DNA from: Dimorphilus gyrociliatus
Lineage: Eukaryota > Animalia > Annelida
Assembly: GCA_904063045.1 (NCBI GenBank)
Contig: CAJFCJ010000001.1
Span: 806,001 to 870,000 of the forward strand
Length of the DNA: 64,000 nt
Direction: 5' to 3'
In this document: positions 13,301-25,505 of the stretch, piece after piece
Layout: each line of letters opens with the position of its first letter
How positions within the stretch are numbered: the first letter of the stretch is position 1
Program-made: the position numbers and the translations under genes
Notes under the pieces: generated by a model
Told to the model about the DNA's origin: nothing
The model's input: the letters and a program-made list of their open reading frames with translations, nothing else
Databases searched by the model: none

Positions 13301-14998
13301 AGTATTTATCTAATATGAAAATTAAATTGCATTTAATTTTCGCATTTCTAAGATTTTTTAGTTGTATTTTTGTTGTTTGGGAGAAAAGATAATTAAAAAT
13401 TAATCTCATTAAACGTTGAATAGTAAAAACGTCTTAATTTCAGTTTATTTAACATTTTTCCACTCTATTAGGAGGATTAAAAGTATTTATTGGTAGAATT
13501 CCTAATCAATTTATAAGTAGCTTTTTCGCCTCAATCCGCAAGAATTGTAGTCAATAAGAACAATTCTGAATGTTATGCCACGTGCGGCGCCTGGAAGTCG
13601 AATGAATTTTGCAGATTTTATTCTATTCTACCATTTCTACACCCTCACCCCCCGTCTGGTTCGCGTTTTCTTGCGCGAATCGATAGTAGAAAGAGGGAGA
13701 GTGAGAGAACTAAAAAAAAAAAAATTTCCCTCTCCGCCCACACCCATTAATCCTTTTTCTATCGCTCATTTGCAGAGCAACTAAAGAAATTAAAGAAGCG
13801 TTTCATCGGAGACAAGTCTGCTCAAAAGTCGATGGACACCCTCCATATGAAGTTCTCTGACATGATAATGAACTTTCAAGAGTCTGGCAATATAAAAGAA
13901 ACGGTAAGCGTTGCGTAAAATTATATAATTCTACTCTGTCACAACTCTCTATTAGACGAGAGTTTTAGTGTGGAAGCACCATCGCCTTCCAATTTTGCCT
14001 CTTGCCTAATTAATCCCTTCTTATGCAACAATTTTCGCAGGTCGTCATGGAATGCGGACAGCTTCCCCCGCTACAAGAGAGAGCAAAACGGGCTGTAAGA
14101 AAACACTCAATTGAGTAAGTTCGATTTTTCCCTAACTACCATCCTTCTAGGCCCGATTTGTAAATAATTTTATTTAAACAGAGAGAGCGAAGACGATGAA
14201 ATCTACTTTACAGCCGAAAAGAAGTCTTTTTCAAAGCGGTTAGTGTAGTGTAACAAAGAAAAATATTTAAAAAAAATTAAGTGGAAAGAGAATAATACAT
14301 TCTTTATATTTTATAGTAGTAAGAAAACATCTATTGTGGATAATATCAATGAAATTATGGATGAAATCGATAAATTTCTACCAAGAACCAATGAAATGTT
14401 TGGTAAACCGTTGACAGAGACTATGTGCACCAGCTTGACAAAATTTGATCAAGTTGAGAATTGTTGGAATGGACATACAGTTGATCGTTACAAAGCCACT
14501 GCTGGTGATCTTAGGTCTGAGTCCAATCCGGAAGTGAATATTTATGAAACAAAGTTGGAAGTAGACGAAGATCGATTAACAAAAAGATTAAAAGAGATTA
14601 CGATTGCTATGGAAAAAGCGTATAATGGGGAAGAATACTTGTTTAAGAGTGTACGTCATCAGAATAAATTTCATTTTTCTCATGTTAACAACCAGCACGA
14701 ATTAGTTGGAAGCGGAAGTGGAAGCGGATATAATCAAGATTGGGAAAGGGATGACGATGGGACGGAAGACGATTACGAGGACAATTACAGCGGAGATGCT
14801 ACAATATATAAAAATAAGCATCACTTTAATAAACACAAGGTGTTGAACAGCTATAATGATTACCGAAAGAACTCTTACAATAATTTTGGTCACAAATCTT
14901 TTCAAAATGACGAAGGAAACAACGCTTGCAGCCTCTCCGCATCATTTTCCATCATTTTTATCACCTTTTTAACTGCATATCCATTTGTTGTGTCTTGA
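10393..14998 (+). CDS. GPC: Glypican (GPI-anchored heparan sulfate proteoglycan), 8 exons
   Basis: Signal peptide MRGLLIVVCLFQPLLA; ICRLRDTCCSNEVE (10930-11085); YCKYC...KPCYTYCSAVMNGC (12742-12907); RAKR furin-type site; CWNG; SGSGSG GAG-attachment motif next to an acidic patch; hydrophobic C-terminal GPI signal. Splice phases are consistent. Confidence 0.93.
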
Positions 14999-15872
14999 TT
15001 TATTTATTCACATCACTTCAACTATAATTTTGTCTAGAAGCAGACTTTATTTTGTTTATTTTTGTTAAAATAATCTGTAGCAGGGTAAATTGGAAAAAAA
15101 AAATTTTACGTGTCTAGAAGTTTATACAGTTTGCAAAGGTTTGCGGGGAAGAGAAAGGGAAAAGAAGTTTTATCTCTCATTCCTAAACGAATTCCCGGAT
15201 TCTCAAGAAGAAAGGAAAAAACTCTTCCCACGGATTTATACTGCCGTTGTGTTTAAAAAAAAAGTAAATTATTGTTAGACTTTATATAAAAACAAAAGAA
15301 ATTACCAAAGTTCTACACACACATATATATACATATATATATATATATATAAACATATATTTGACTATAAATAAGTATATTTATTGTATACATTCGTACA
15401 TTACTGAACCATGTGTTTTTACATATTGTGTATCATGTAAACATATCTGTATCTATATTCTGTTTTATTTTAAAATTGCTTTTTCTTTTTGCAAAGTTCT
15501 TATTTATATACAGTATATATATATATATATATAATTTATATATATATAATATTGTACATATGATTGCTTTGGTATAATTTTATAAACGTCATTGGTCCAA
15601 AGTATAATCATCAATCATCCGTAATTGAATACACGGTGCGAAAATTTAACATGTTTGATATATTAGGGGCCAACGGCATTACTCGAGTTGGTTAAATCTT
15701 TATGATTTAGTTGAAGTTCTCTCGCCTCTTGGATTTTAACCAGATGGCGTTGTAGACAATTTCACAACAATAGTGAAATATACAGATTTTAAACGATAAG
15801 GGGACATACATAAAATATAGAATACGGCTACGAGGCTATAAGTTCTTCAAACTCGTGCTTGATTTATTCAGC

Positions 15873-16881
15873 ATGGAAACTAATAACGAAGATTTCGAAC
15901 TCCGATTATTGAAGCGAGAAGATATTCGTTTGCTAAAACGTGAGACTGATAAAGAAGGATGGTGCGACAAATTGGATTTCATGTTTGAATGCTACGAGAA
16001 TAACCCTGATACTTATTATGGTTTATTTGCAAAAGATGGTCGACTAATATGTAAGCTATTTTAAATTCTAGGTTTTTTATCAAATTTTTGAAAAAACAGA
16101 GTTTTTTATTGCATTTTTTTCTTAATTTAAAACAGCCACGTGCCAGGGTATTCCTTTAACCGATAACATAGCGGCTATAGCCGAATTTTTGACTGTACGA
16201 GAGTTCAGGGGACGGCGATACGGCAAACTAGTATTCGAAGCAGTCGTAAAAGCCTTAGGGAATCGAATTATCTATTTAAATGCCTTGCATGCAGCCATAC
16301 CTATGTATGTCAATAGATGGCGCTTTTCCAAAACATGCTTAGAAGGATTTATGCAATGTGGAATATTGAGATTGGCCGACGTCTACAAGAAATTAGAGAA
16401 TGTTGACTTGGGTACAACGAAAATTGAATTCGTTGACAAAAAAGAAGATGTTATAGATGAAATAATTGATTACGACTCATCCATCTGCTCCTTCGAACGC
16501 AGGCGTTACGTTAGGAATTGGATAATGAAGGAGGATTATTTGGCAGTTTTAGCCAGAGATTCCGCAGGGAAGATTATAGGCTGGGCAGGTGTTAGAGCTA
16601 CTTTAGAAACAGGCTATAGATTATCACCTGTTTACGCTTCTTGTGACAAATTAGCCCGAATCCTCTTCTTAAATATATTAACAAAACTAAAAGATGGCAT
16701 CGACGTTGAGACTTACGGCATAGTAAGAGATGACGGCTTATTAGATGTCATAAGTGAATTATTTTCAAACGCTACAAACATAACAAGATTCACCGGTTTA
16801 CGTTCAGAAGGTGCCGAAGACTTGAAACACGATTATGACAAAGTATACGCCCTTTTCAATGTCGAGGAAACCATAATATGA
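15873..16881 (+). CDS. Tandem GNAT-fold N-acetyltransferase (YitH-like, N-terminal GNAT plus C-terminal GNAT-like domain), 2 exons
   Basis: Exon 1 METNNEDFELRLL...GRLI, intron ~16051-16135, then acetyl-CoA motif A (LTVREFRGRRYGKLVF) and C-terminal features (IIDYDSSICSFERRRYV; GWAGVR...YRLSPVYA) typical of YitH-like proteins. Confidence 0.75.
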
Positions 16882-17580
16882 CATTTAATTTCCGCCCTGT
16901 CATCGTTTCGATTCCGAATAAATTAAAAACTGATTATTAATGTAATTCAAACTTTTCCTTATCTAACAACAAACTAAGCGGTTTGACCTTTTCTCTTTAC
17001 AAGGCTCAATCTAACTGATTGAAATAGTCCAGAAAGGAAATAAATTCCGCATGAAATATGTAAAAACTGGTCCCACAGCTCTATCTTATCTGAAACTCTT
17101 AAGTAGGAAATTAAAAAGGATGGGTGATTAGGAAAGTGAACTTTACTAGAGTACCAAAAAATAAAAGAAAGAATATAAAGGGTTGGCTCATATCTAGTAC
17201 AATCCAAAGATAAATGAGTACCAAATCGCTCTCGCTAAAGGAATTATCTTATTTCCATGATTCTTCGTATAAAGCGAACAACAGGATAGAGAACAAAGGA
17301 TTCCAAGGCTAATATAGGGTGCATTACTAAGAATTTTATTAGACGCTTGAGAGGAATGACACGCTTGCCAAGTATAAAAAAAAACTCGTAGTTGAATTGT
17401 ATACGATAAAGACGTCCAATATAATCTAATATAATATGACGTCTATATACAAATATTCTTCGTAACGTCTTTTTTCATTATTGCTGTACACGAAAAGAGT
17501 AGAATATTATTCGCATTATTTAAATATATTTAAATAATATATTTAAAATTTTCCAAAGTTTATTTCAAAAGGTTTTAATT

Positions 17581-18440
17581 ATGAATATTTTAATACGTAG
17601 CGTCTATTTCCTGGGAATTGTGGACGTCACTTTTCTTCCTAAGAAAAGATTACTTGGCTTCTTTGATGAATTTTGGTTGGAATTAGTAAATTGTAAAGAA
17701 ACATTTGAAGTGAGGTTGTATAAAACCCAGATGTATGGTATTTATGGTCATATTGGTCATGCTCTGCTGATGGATGGTAAATTATTGTATTTAATTGACT
17801 ATGGAGGTCGGAGAAAGCATATAATATCCGTTTTTCTTAATAGTCCATCTGTAACGTATCCAACCAATCTTCATAGGATGAATAGCTTGTTTCTTGATGT
17901 AATTATCAGTTTTATGTTGTTGTTTTGTTATTTTTTTTATCGTTTACTTCTTCTTTGACCTACATTCGTATATTAATTCATATATATTCCACTTTAGTAA
18001 TAAATTATTTATATTTCATATAGACCTAATTGCTTCAGAAATTGGTAATTACAAAGAAGTGCTACATGAAATTACCTTGTAATACTAAGGAAAGCTTATA
18101 CGAAATAGCTCATTCTGTTGTTAGATTATTTACATTGTCTAACGAAATTTATGATTCTAAATATTCAACTTGTCTACAAGATGCAATACAGAAAGTTCAA
18201 AAATTGCATACAATGGATGATAATTCATTAGACGATTTAAAGGAAATAAGACAATTCTTATACGATGCTTACTTCTGGCAGAAACAATTTGCTGATAAAT
18301 TAACACATTTTATTAATATAACTCTTCTTTCGTTAGCAATAATTAAATTGATTGTTTTATATTCTCTTACAAAATCATTAATTAAAGATTGGAAACTTGT
18401 TAATAAGAAGAAGTCTGATTACGTCACAATTATTGTATGA
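17581..18440 (+). other. Uncharacterised or possibly frameshifted coding-like locus with a C-terminal hydrophobic segment
   Basis: ORFs 17581-17958 and 18030-18440 are separated by a pyrimidine/AT-rich intron-like gap with an acceptor (catatag) near 18023. The acceptor frame (DLIASEIGNYKEVLHEITL*) does not join the long ORF without a frameshift. Confidence 0.3.
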
Positions 18441-18566
18441 TAACTTATATATACTAACAGTGTACAATATCGTTTTTATGATAGGGGGAAATCAATTATG
18501 TTTAAGTAAATAATCTTATTGGGGTAACAACCAAAGGGAAATAAATGATAAGAATAAAAAACAGAG

Positions 18567-20066
18567 TTAACGATCTATAAATTTGAACTTGGGCGTTACT
18601 TTAGGCATATTAATCATTCTTTGAACTTGTATCATATCCTCATAATGATACTCTACAGTAAAATTTTGCAAAATCTTTATTAGACCCAAATAGAGCTCTT
18701 GTTGGGCAAATCTTCTTCCAATACAAGCTCTTGCCCCATAACCAAAATTTAATACGGCGAATGGGTGTATTTTTTCACTTTCGTTATTGTTCCTTAGCCA
18801 CCTTTCGGGAATGAACTTTTCTGGTTCGGGAAAGTATTCTTTCAACTTCCCTGCAACGCTATTGTGAGTAAAGACGTTTGCACCTTTTTTAACGAGGTAG
18901 CCTGAAAGCAAAACATCAGCTGTTAAAGTTCGCATTGTGCCTTCAACCGTTGGCAGAACTCTAGCTGTTTCTTTTTCGACGGCTTTTAAATAGGTCATTT
19001 TATCGATTGCTTCTGGAAGGACTGGCTGACCCTTTGGAGCGAATTGTTGTATTTCTGCAAAAAGTTTCTCTTGTTTGTCAGGATTTTTGGCTAACAGATA
19101 AAGCGCGAATGCTATAGTATGAGCAGTTGTATCTACTCCTGCCAGGAGGAAATCAGAGACTAAAACAAGTACCTCGTTCTTGTTTAAATCGGAAGATGTC
19201 AACAAGTACAATAATAGAGACAAGCCATCCTCTCTCGCTGCCCTTGTCGAATCAATAGCTTGTCGACCGGCCGAAGTCATTAGAGAATTATTTACGTACT
19301 TCATCGATATACTCCACAACTTTTCCATGCATTCCATTGCCGTTCTGTATGTTTTTGTTTTAAGTCTTTTGTGAAATGGCCAGGCCAATTGGCAGCGAAT
19401 TAAAGATTCAAAGAACTTTCCAACGTTTCTAATAAATTCATCAGCTTCTAAATCAGTTCCACTAATTACTCCTATTCTAGTATCAAAGCAAACAATTCCA
19501 ATCGATTCCATAGCCCACCTATAGAACTCTTGCAAGCAATCTTCTACTTCTCCATCCTCATTTCTAACAAATCGAATTTTACTAACCATATCTTCTGCAA
19601 CTGATTCCATTGCTCCAAGATAGGCAGAAACCGATCTAGGTCTCATCATTTTTGTTTGGGCTTTCATTCGTAAATCATACCAAGCTTCACCATTTAGATT
19701 AGTCAAACCTACTGGTAGATCGTTGTCTTTTCTATATTTCAGCATAGCCTCGAACGGAAATCTATGCGGAAACTTTCCATCGTATTTCGAAACAACTCTA
19801 ACGTCGTCAGGGTCGAAGACATGAACCATAGTTAAACCTGGAAAAATTTCCTCCCGAACAAGCCGTCCGTACTTTTGATACTTTTTTACAGATGCATCTG
19901 CCCATTCGTTAAGCTTATATTCACCAAATATTGGCAGATACTTGTAAGAACTGCCAATAAATGGAAGGCTTCTTGGTCCAGGAATTTCGGACATAGGCTT
20001 TCCAACAATTGTGCCAACATCTGAAAGAGATTTTCCTAAGTTTGCTACTTTTTTCATTGCTGTCAT
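18567..20066 (-). CDS. Cytochrome P450, mitochondrial clan (CYP12/49/301/302-like), intronless CDS, 499 aa
   Basis: IPGPRSLPFIG N-terminal motif, I-helix AGVDTT, KETAR (ExxR), PERW, heme motif FGYGARACIGRRFAQQE. Confidence 0.93.
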   Translation of the reverse strand: MTAMKKVANLGKSLSDVGTIVGKPMSEIPGPRSLPFIGSSYKYLPIFGEYKLNEWADASVKKYQKYGRLVREEIFPGLTMVHVFDPDDVRVVSKYDGKFPHRFPFEAMLKYRKDNDLPVGLTNLNGEAWYDLRMKAQTKMMRPRSVSAYLGAMESVAEDMVSKIRFVRNEDGEVEDCLQEFYRWAMESIGIVCFDTRIGVISGTDLEADEFIRNVGKFFESLIRCQLAWPFHKRLKTKTYRTAMECMEKLWSISMKYVNNSLMTSAGRQAIDSTRAAREDGLSLLLYLLTSSDLNKNEVLVLVSDFLLAGVDTTAHTIAFALYLLAKNPDKQEKLFAEIQQFAPKGQPVLPEAIDKMTYLKAVEKETARVLPTVEGTMRTLTADVLLSGYLVKKGANVFTHNSVAGKLKEYFPEPEKFIPERWLRNNNESEKIHPFAVLNFGYGARACIGRRFAQQELYLGLIKILQNFTVEYHYEDMIQVQRMINMPKVTPKFKFIDR

Positions 20067-20546
20067 CTTATCGAGACGAGAAGAAAAAACTATATGAAAA
20101 CTTGATATAACTTAAACTCAGCTTGAAACTGTAAGAAATAAGACGTTGTCAATCCTACACTAAGCTAATTAATCCTATCTTAAAACTCAGCATTATTTCT
20201 CTGTCTTAATTAAGATTTGACTGAGTTAATACAATTCAATGTCTATATTTAGAAATAGAGATATTCATAATGAAACATAATGTATTAAAGAAGGAAATAA
20301 AGGTGATTAACTCTAAGAAAGTAGAATGTTCTATTCAGCTGATTTTCTTGTATTGAGATAATCGGATTAGAAATTAAAGTGCAATAAAACAAAGAGCAAA
20401 CTCCTGCTTGAGTTAAGTCTTCTCATCCTTACTTTCTTTTTCAGATTATATTCAAAACTATTAAGAGTGAAGATATAAATCGATTAGAAATCTATTAGAT
20501 CTGTTGTAAGACTTTTAAATCAAAGTGAGCATTACAATTGCTAAGT

Positions 20547-20550
<4 letters not shown>

Positions 20551-20582
<32 letters not shown>
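20551..20582. repeat. (AG)16 microsatellite
   Basis: Perfect dinucleotide run seen directly. Confidence 0.95.
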
Positions 20583-20587
<5 letters not shown>

Positions 20588-20880
20588 TAGATCAATAGAC
20601 TTTCGTAAAAAAAGTTTCTTCCTTTTGTCAATTATAAGTTACATATCTTTCTTTAAATTCTTTTAAATATAGTAAATCCTAATTAATCAAAGTCTAATTA
20701 ATAAACAGCTGAAAAGGATATTTGACCACCTCCGCTAATTTATTTAATATATATATATATATTTCGTCTATTTTTAAAGAATCAGCCAATAACCTCAGTT
20801 TGCAAATCGATCTTTATTTCAATGTCTATATGTTTTTTTTTCTTATTTTCTTTTTAAAAAAACAATAAAAAAAGAAATTT

Positions 20881-23684
20881 TTAGATTGAAAATAATGTGT
20901 TAATAAATATGGAAACAGTTTCTGACACTTCAATTGTACCACAACGAATCTTAATACTCCATATACATCTACCATCCGTCCTCTTAGCAGTTTTTTCACA
21001 CTCTATTAAACAACCACTAGTTGTTTTTTTGGGAATATTTTCGAATAAGCTAGCTGCTCTAATTGTATGTTCTGTTGAATGTTTTACCCATGATTCCCAA
21101 TGATGATCCAACTGAAAAGATTATTTTTTGATATTTATTCGGACGGATAAGAACCTTAATCTTATATTTGATATGAATACCTTTTCTTTAAGTGTGGATA
21201 ATGAATCTGTAGTTATTGTTAAGATTCTTTCTGTATGGTAAAAATCAGACCATCTCTTATCGTACAAGTCATCAATGCTCTTAACTGTTGGATCCCTTAT
21301 GGCATCCAGAACAAAATCTGTCTTTTTCAACCTTTTACTTATATCTGCAACTTTAAGTACTTGTCGAAAAGATTCTTCCGGTTTATAGATCAAGTTCGAA
21401 CTGGCCCTCTCAAGGAGAATGTTCTCTGTAAAGTTAGAGGGAAAGGAGGCAATTAACTGATAGTACTCAACAGCTCTCTGTTGAACTTCCGTATTAAGAT
21501 TTTTAATTAACATTTCATCATTTAAAATCTACAAGAATTATCTCGATTAGTTGATTTAATAAGATAAAGAAAGCTAGAAAATTGAACTTATTAAAACATT
21601 TATAATACGCCATACATTTAGAACTTCAACTTTGATATTAGTATGAAGTTGGGCAATCTTGACAAATGCTGACAGCATAATAGACTTAGTCTCTTCGTCG
21701 GATTGATAAAATCTATTCCTGAGACAGTCAATTTGTTCCCGACCACTTGTGAATAGGATATGTAAAAAAAAAAAGTAACTACGTTTGAAACCGGAAACAT
21801 ATATAAGAGATATCAAAAGAAAAGAAAACAATTCAACTATCTAGCCTCTAAAATTCAGGATGAACTTGGCATACCTAGCTATCAAGTAGCCATATTCCCC
21901 AATTATAAAAGAGCACATTCTCAATAGTACGCTGCTGGGGTTCGATTTCCTATTTAGCAGGTTAAAAGCGACTGCAGCTACCTTTTTCTAAAAGGTTATA
22001 CACTCTTAGAATTATTGTTATTAGAAAGTTTATGTCACTTAGGCATATATACTACCTGAAAAAATGGCTTTTCCCGAATTAATTTTACTAATTTAAACCA
22101 ACAAGAGCTGCTAATGACGTCACCAGCAATCGAAATTAGATTCATAAGAGCAGGGGCGTATTGTTCTACATCTTTCTCTCCGCCATCGATTACAAACAGT
22201 ATCTATTTGGGATGTATTAACTTATACAATACAATAATAGATAGATGCATTATTAACAGGATAAAAAAAGGAAGTTTACCTTATTAACAAGCTCTTGTCT
22301 CAAGCTAAATTGACTAATACGAGGCAGAAATAATATCATTTTCCAAATTACATCCCATCTAAAAAAATCTCCAGGAAAGGAACAAATTATATCTAGAATT
22401 TTTATAATTGTTTCTAAATTATCATGATTACAGGGTATCATTTGAAGTTTTTTCAAAAATTCATACGAATACAATTGTAATTTATTCGAAATTCCCTTCG
22501 ATCCTATTAAAATTCGAACTAAATCAATACCAATATAGTAGAGGTTAGACGTTTTGTTTTCCAATAGATAATTAATTCCAGTACAGACTTTGTTCATTAG
22601 TTGATTATTTTGCTCAATATTTACAAATAGCTGTTGTTTTTTTTTTTATTTTTTTCGGTTTTAATGAATAATTTAATTCGTTTGACAAAATATATTAATA
22701 ATTAATAGAAATTAATTAATTTAAATATATATATATATAAAGTATATAAAACCGTTTTTATTCAATTAATCTATACATACCAACCTTAACAGCCTCTTGG
22801 AAAATAGATATTTTAATATTAGTTTCAATAAACGTAACGTTGGGTTTCGTTTCTATAGATTTTTCAATTGCATACTCAATAAGATTCGTAATATTTTCTC
22901 TTAATTGAATTCTATTCAATAAATTGAATAGTTGAACTATTAACCATGGAGCGCAAAAACCTCCGTACATATATTGATTGAAATTATTATTAGTTTTCAT
23001 TAATTTATCTAATTTTGATATAATTAAATACTGAAATGATGAAATTGTTTGTAATTGATTTTTGTCGTTAGTTAAATATATGAGTAGTGTAACTGAAGAT
23101 TGAACCAATCCTAGGTTATCATTATCAATAATCATAAATAAGTAAGGTATTTCTTTTTCTAAAATTACTGGATAGTTGTTTCCCTCCCTAAGGAAACTTA
23201 TCAAACCTAGGATAGAGGATTGTCTTACTGAATCACAATTTCCCTCGTTCTTCATGACAGATACTAACTGATTTGTAAACAAATCAGCCATCTCTGGTCC
23301 ACCTATATTACATAGACAAGCTAGAGCCAATTTTTGAATTGCTGGACGATTACTATGTAGATCTCTTTTTATACATTCAACAGCCAGCAGTAAATAATCT
23401 TCCCTACTTGGAAAAGTGCTTAAAAACAAATAACCAATTCTCTTATCAGAATAGTTCGTGGACGATATTAGGCTTAAGGCTTCCATTTGTCCAAAATCTA
23501 CTTTTTCACCCTTAAGGAAAATATAAACCAGTTTACAAACATATTTTCGTTTATCGTACAAAGATTTATTGCGTTTTAAAAATTTTTTTCGAATATTCGC
23601 AAGCTCTTTTGAGATTCTGATCCTTTCCTCATCTTCATTCCTACAAGATCTAAGCTCCTCTATAAACGTTTTTAAGCCACGCAT
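20881..23684 (-). CDS. AP2A-like: Diverged, shortened AP-2 complex alpha-adaptin paralog (7 exons, ~745 aa)
   Basis: MRGLKTFIEELRSC...ISKELANIRKKF...KRKYVCKLVYIFLKGEKVDFGQMEA; APWL; NLYYIG; ISIAGDVISSSCW; IIGEYGYLIA; QQRAVEY; C-terminal KRW...GCLIECE...SIKIR matches the alpha-ear platform. In-phase GT-AG introns connect the exons. Confidence 0.85.
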
Positions 23685-23829
23685 AACCTTTTCTTATTTA
23701 AATCCTATTAGATAAAATTTAAGTCATTCATTTCTAAATAGAATGTATTGATACAATTTCAAATGATAATTCGTAACGTTTCTTAATCGGTTTGTACCAC
23801 TTTTTTTCTAACAAACAGAAAAAAAATTC

Positions 23830-25505
23830 TACTATTCTCGAGTCTTATTGATTTTTCGCCTTTTTCTTTCTTCGCCTTTTCCATTGCCTCTTCACTTTCT
23901 TTTGTAATAAGCCAACTTTTTCTGGACATATTAGAGTGACGGATGATAAGAAAAGACTTAAGAGAAGGAATATATAAAACTCACTTTTTAATATCCAGCT
24001 TATCTCGTAGGGTTTTTGCGTGTAAGGTTTCCGCTTGTAGAAGGGATAAAATTTCACTTTCTCGTAGCGTATACTCCAAATATCGTTGTGGGTAAAAAGC
24101 TTCCAGGCATTACTCCAGAGGAAGACGTACTCGTGTAATTAATCTAATCATTCCTTAACTAAATTAATAAACCATAAATCCCCCTCATATATAGACCTAT
24201 CAATCTTGTAATCCTTACATTTATAGACGTTTACTCGCCGACTTCTACCGGGCAAAAGTACACAATGTAAATAGGTAAGAGTTATTATGTATCCCATTCA
24301 AAAATAGTCCTGATAGTTGCTATACCAATGCAGAAAATTCCTGATAAATACAAGTAAATATGCATGAGTCCATATAAATTGAATATTACCATTGAAGATA
24401 AACAAAGAAAATCAAAGAGATTTCAGCAAATCCAGCTGCGATCGGAGAAGCGGATATACTTAGACGTCTTCCCATTCGTCCAATTAAATATATTCCTACG
24501 AGTTAGTGATTAACCATAACTGAAGAAAGGATGTATTGTCCTTCTCTCCTATTTATCCATGATCAGCTAGAGTACTTCAACAGTTTCTGATAGAACTGTA
24601 GAGAGATAATATTTCCACTTAACAAACCAACAACCCAAAATATATTAAACAGCAGCTAAACCTTTGGCGATATATTCAATTTAAAAGAAAACTAATAAAA
24701 GTAACGAAGGATATTTGCGGATAATCTCAACCAAATAAAAGTTTAAATGATTTTCTCCTCCCTTAGTGGCTGTGATAAGTATAAATCTAGGACGATTCTC
24801 TTCTAACGCCCTTTAAGTGATCACAACTAGTCTCATCAAATTTAATGCCCTTGGACAATGTTGTATTGTTGATAGAGGCCATTTTTCTTGGTACCCTGTG
24901 GGCTTCGAATCTTCTACCTTGACTGATCAATCAAAGCGAGGAGTCTTCTGTTATACTTTTCAAGCATTGATTAATCATTTCGAGACGAATATCCTATGAA
25001 CGTTGTTGGATAATTGATGGAGTAGCAGTATCTAATTGTAATCTGAAGAGATCCCGTAGAAAAAAAGCAATACCTAGAAGTATAGCATGACCGAAGACAT
25101 ATAACATCCTCCAGATACGACCAGCAGCTGCCTTATAATCCCTACGGATTATCTTACAAAACTGTAATGCAAATAAGAAATATTTTATTTCAAAAGATAA
25201 GACATGGATTAAAATGAGTAGTTGTTCTGGATAAACTAAAAAACAAATCCCCTCTAATATATACGCAACTGAACTGTTTCCTGCAGCTATGACATCTAAT
25301 AGAATACGATCCAAACAAAATGTTACTTAATTGTGAGAAAGCATTTGTTTAAACGAATTTTAATCCATAAATAAAAAGACTTTGTAGTTTCTCTTCGTTT
25401 TCTATCAGAAAGGATGGCGGAAGATAATGATCCAATAACTCTTTCTAGCATATAGACTACCGACGTAAATTGCACTATCTATCCTAGACAGCAAACAGGA
25501 TTCTA
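23830..25505 (-). pseudogene. Decayed SLC22 / organic cation transporter-like MFS pseudogene
   Basis: Collinear SLC22 motifs across several frames with stops and frameshifts: NPVC..VYML..IGSL..AILSDR.RR; RILLDVIAAG..VAYIL; YKAAAG..LYVFGHAILLGIAFFLRD...LQL; TEDSSL*LISQGRRFEA..KMASIN (PESPRW with W changed to TGA at 24931-24933); LIGRMGRR; LLSLFLSSVTLICPE. Confidence 0.8.

Noticed and set aside
15671-15752. Imperfect inverted repeat (caacggcat...ggttaaatc / gattttaacc...atggcgttg) upstream of the GNAT gene, possibly a MITE or hairpin RNA
   Set aside because: Short, mismatched arms, no target-site duplication and no second full copy in the window. Cannot be distinguished from chance.
23830-24720. 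Possible alternative genetic code (TAA/TAG read as Gln), because one frame looks protein-like with mostly TAA/TAG interruptions
   Set aside because: TGA stops and frameshifts are also needed to follow the SLC22 motifs, and intact neighbouring genes end in TAA and TAG. Pseudogene decay explains it.
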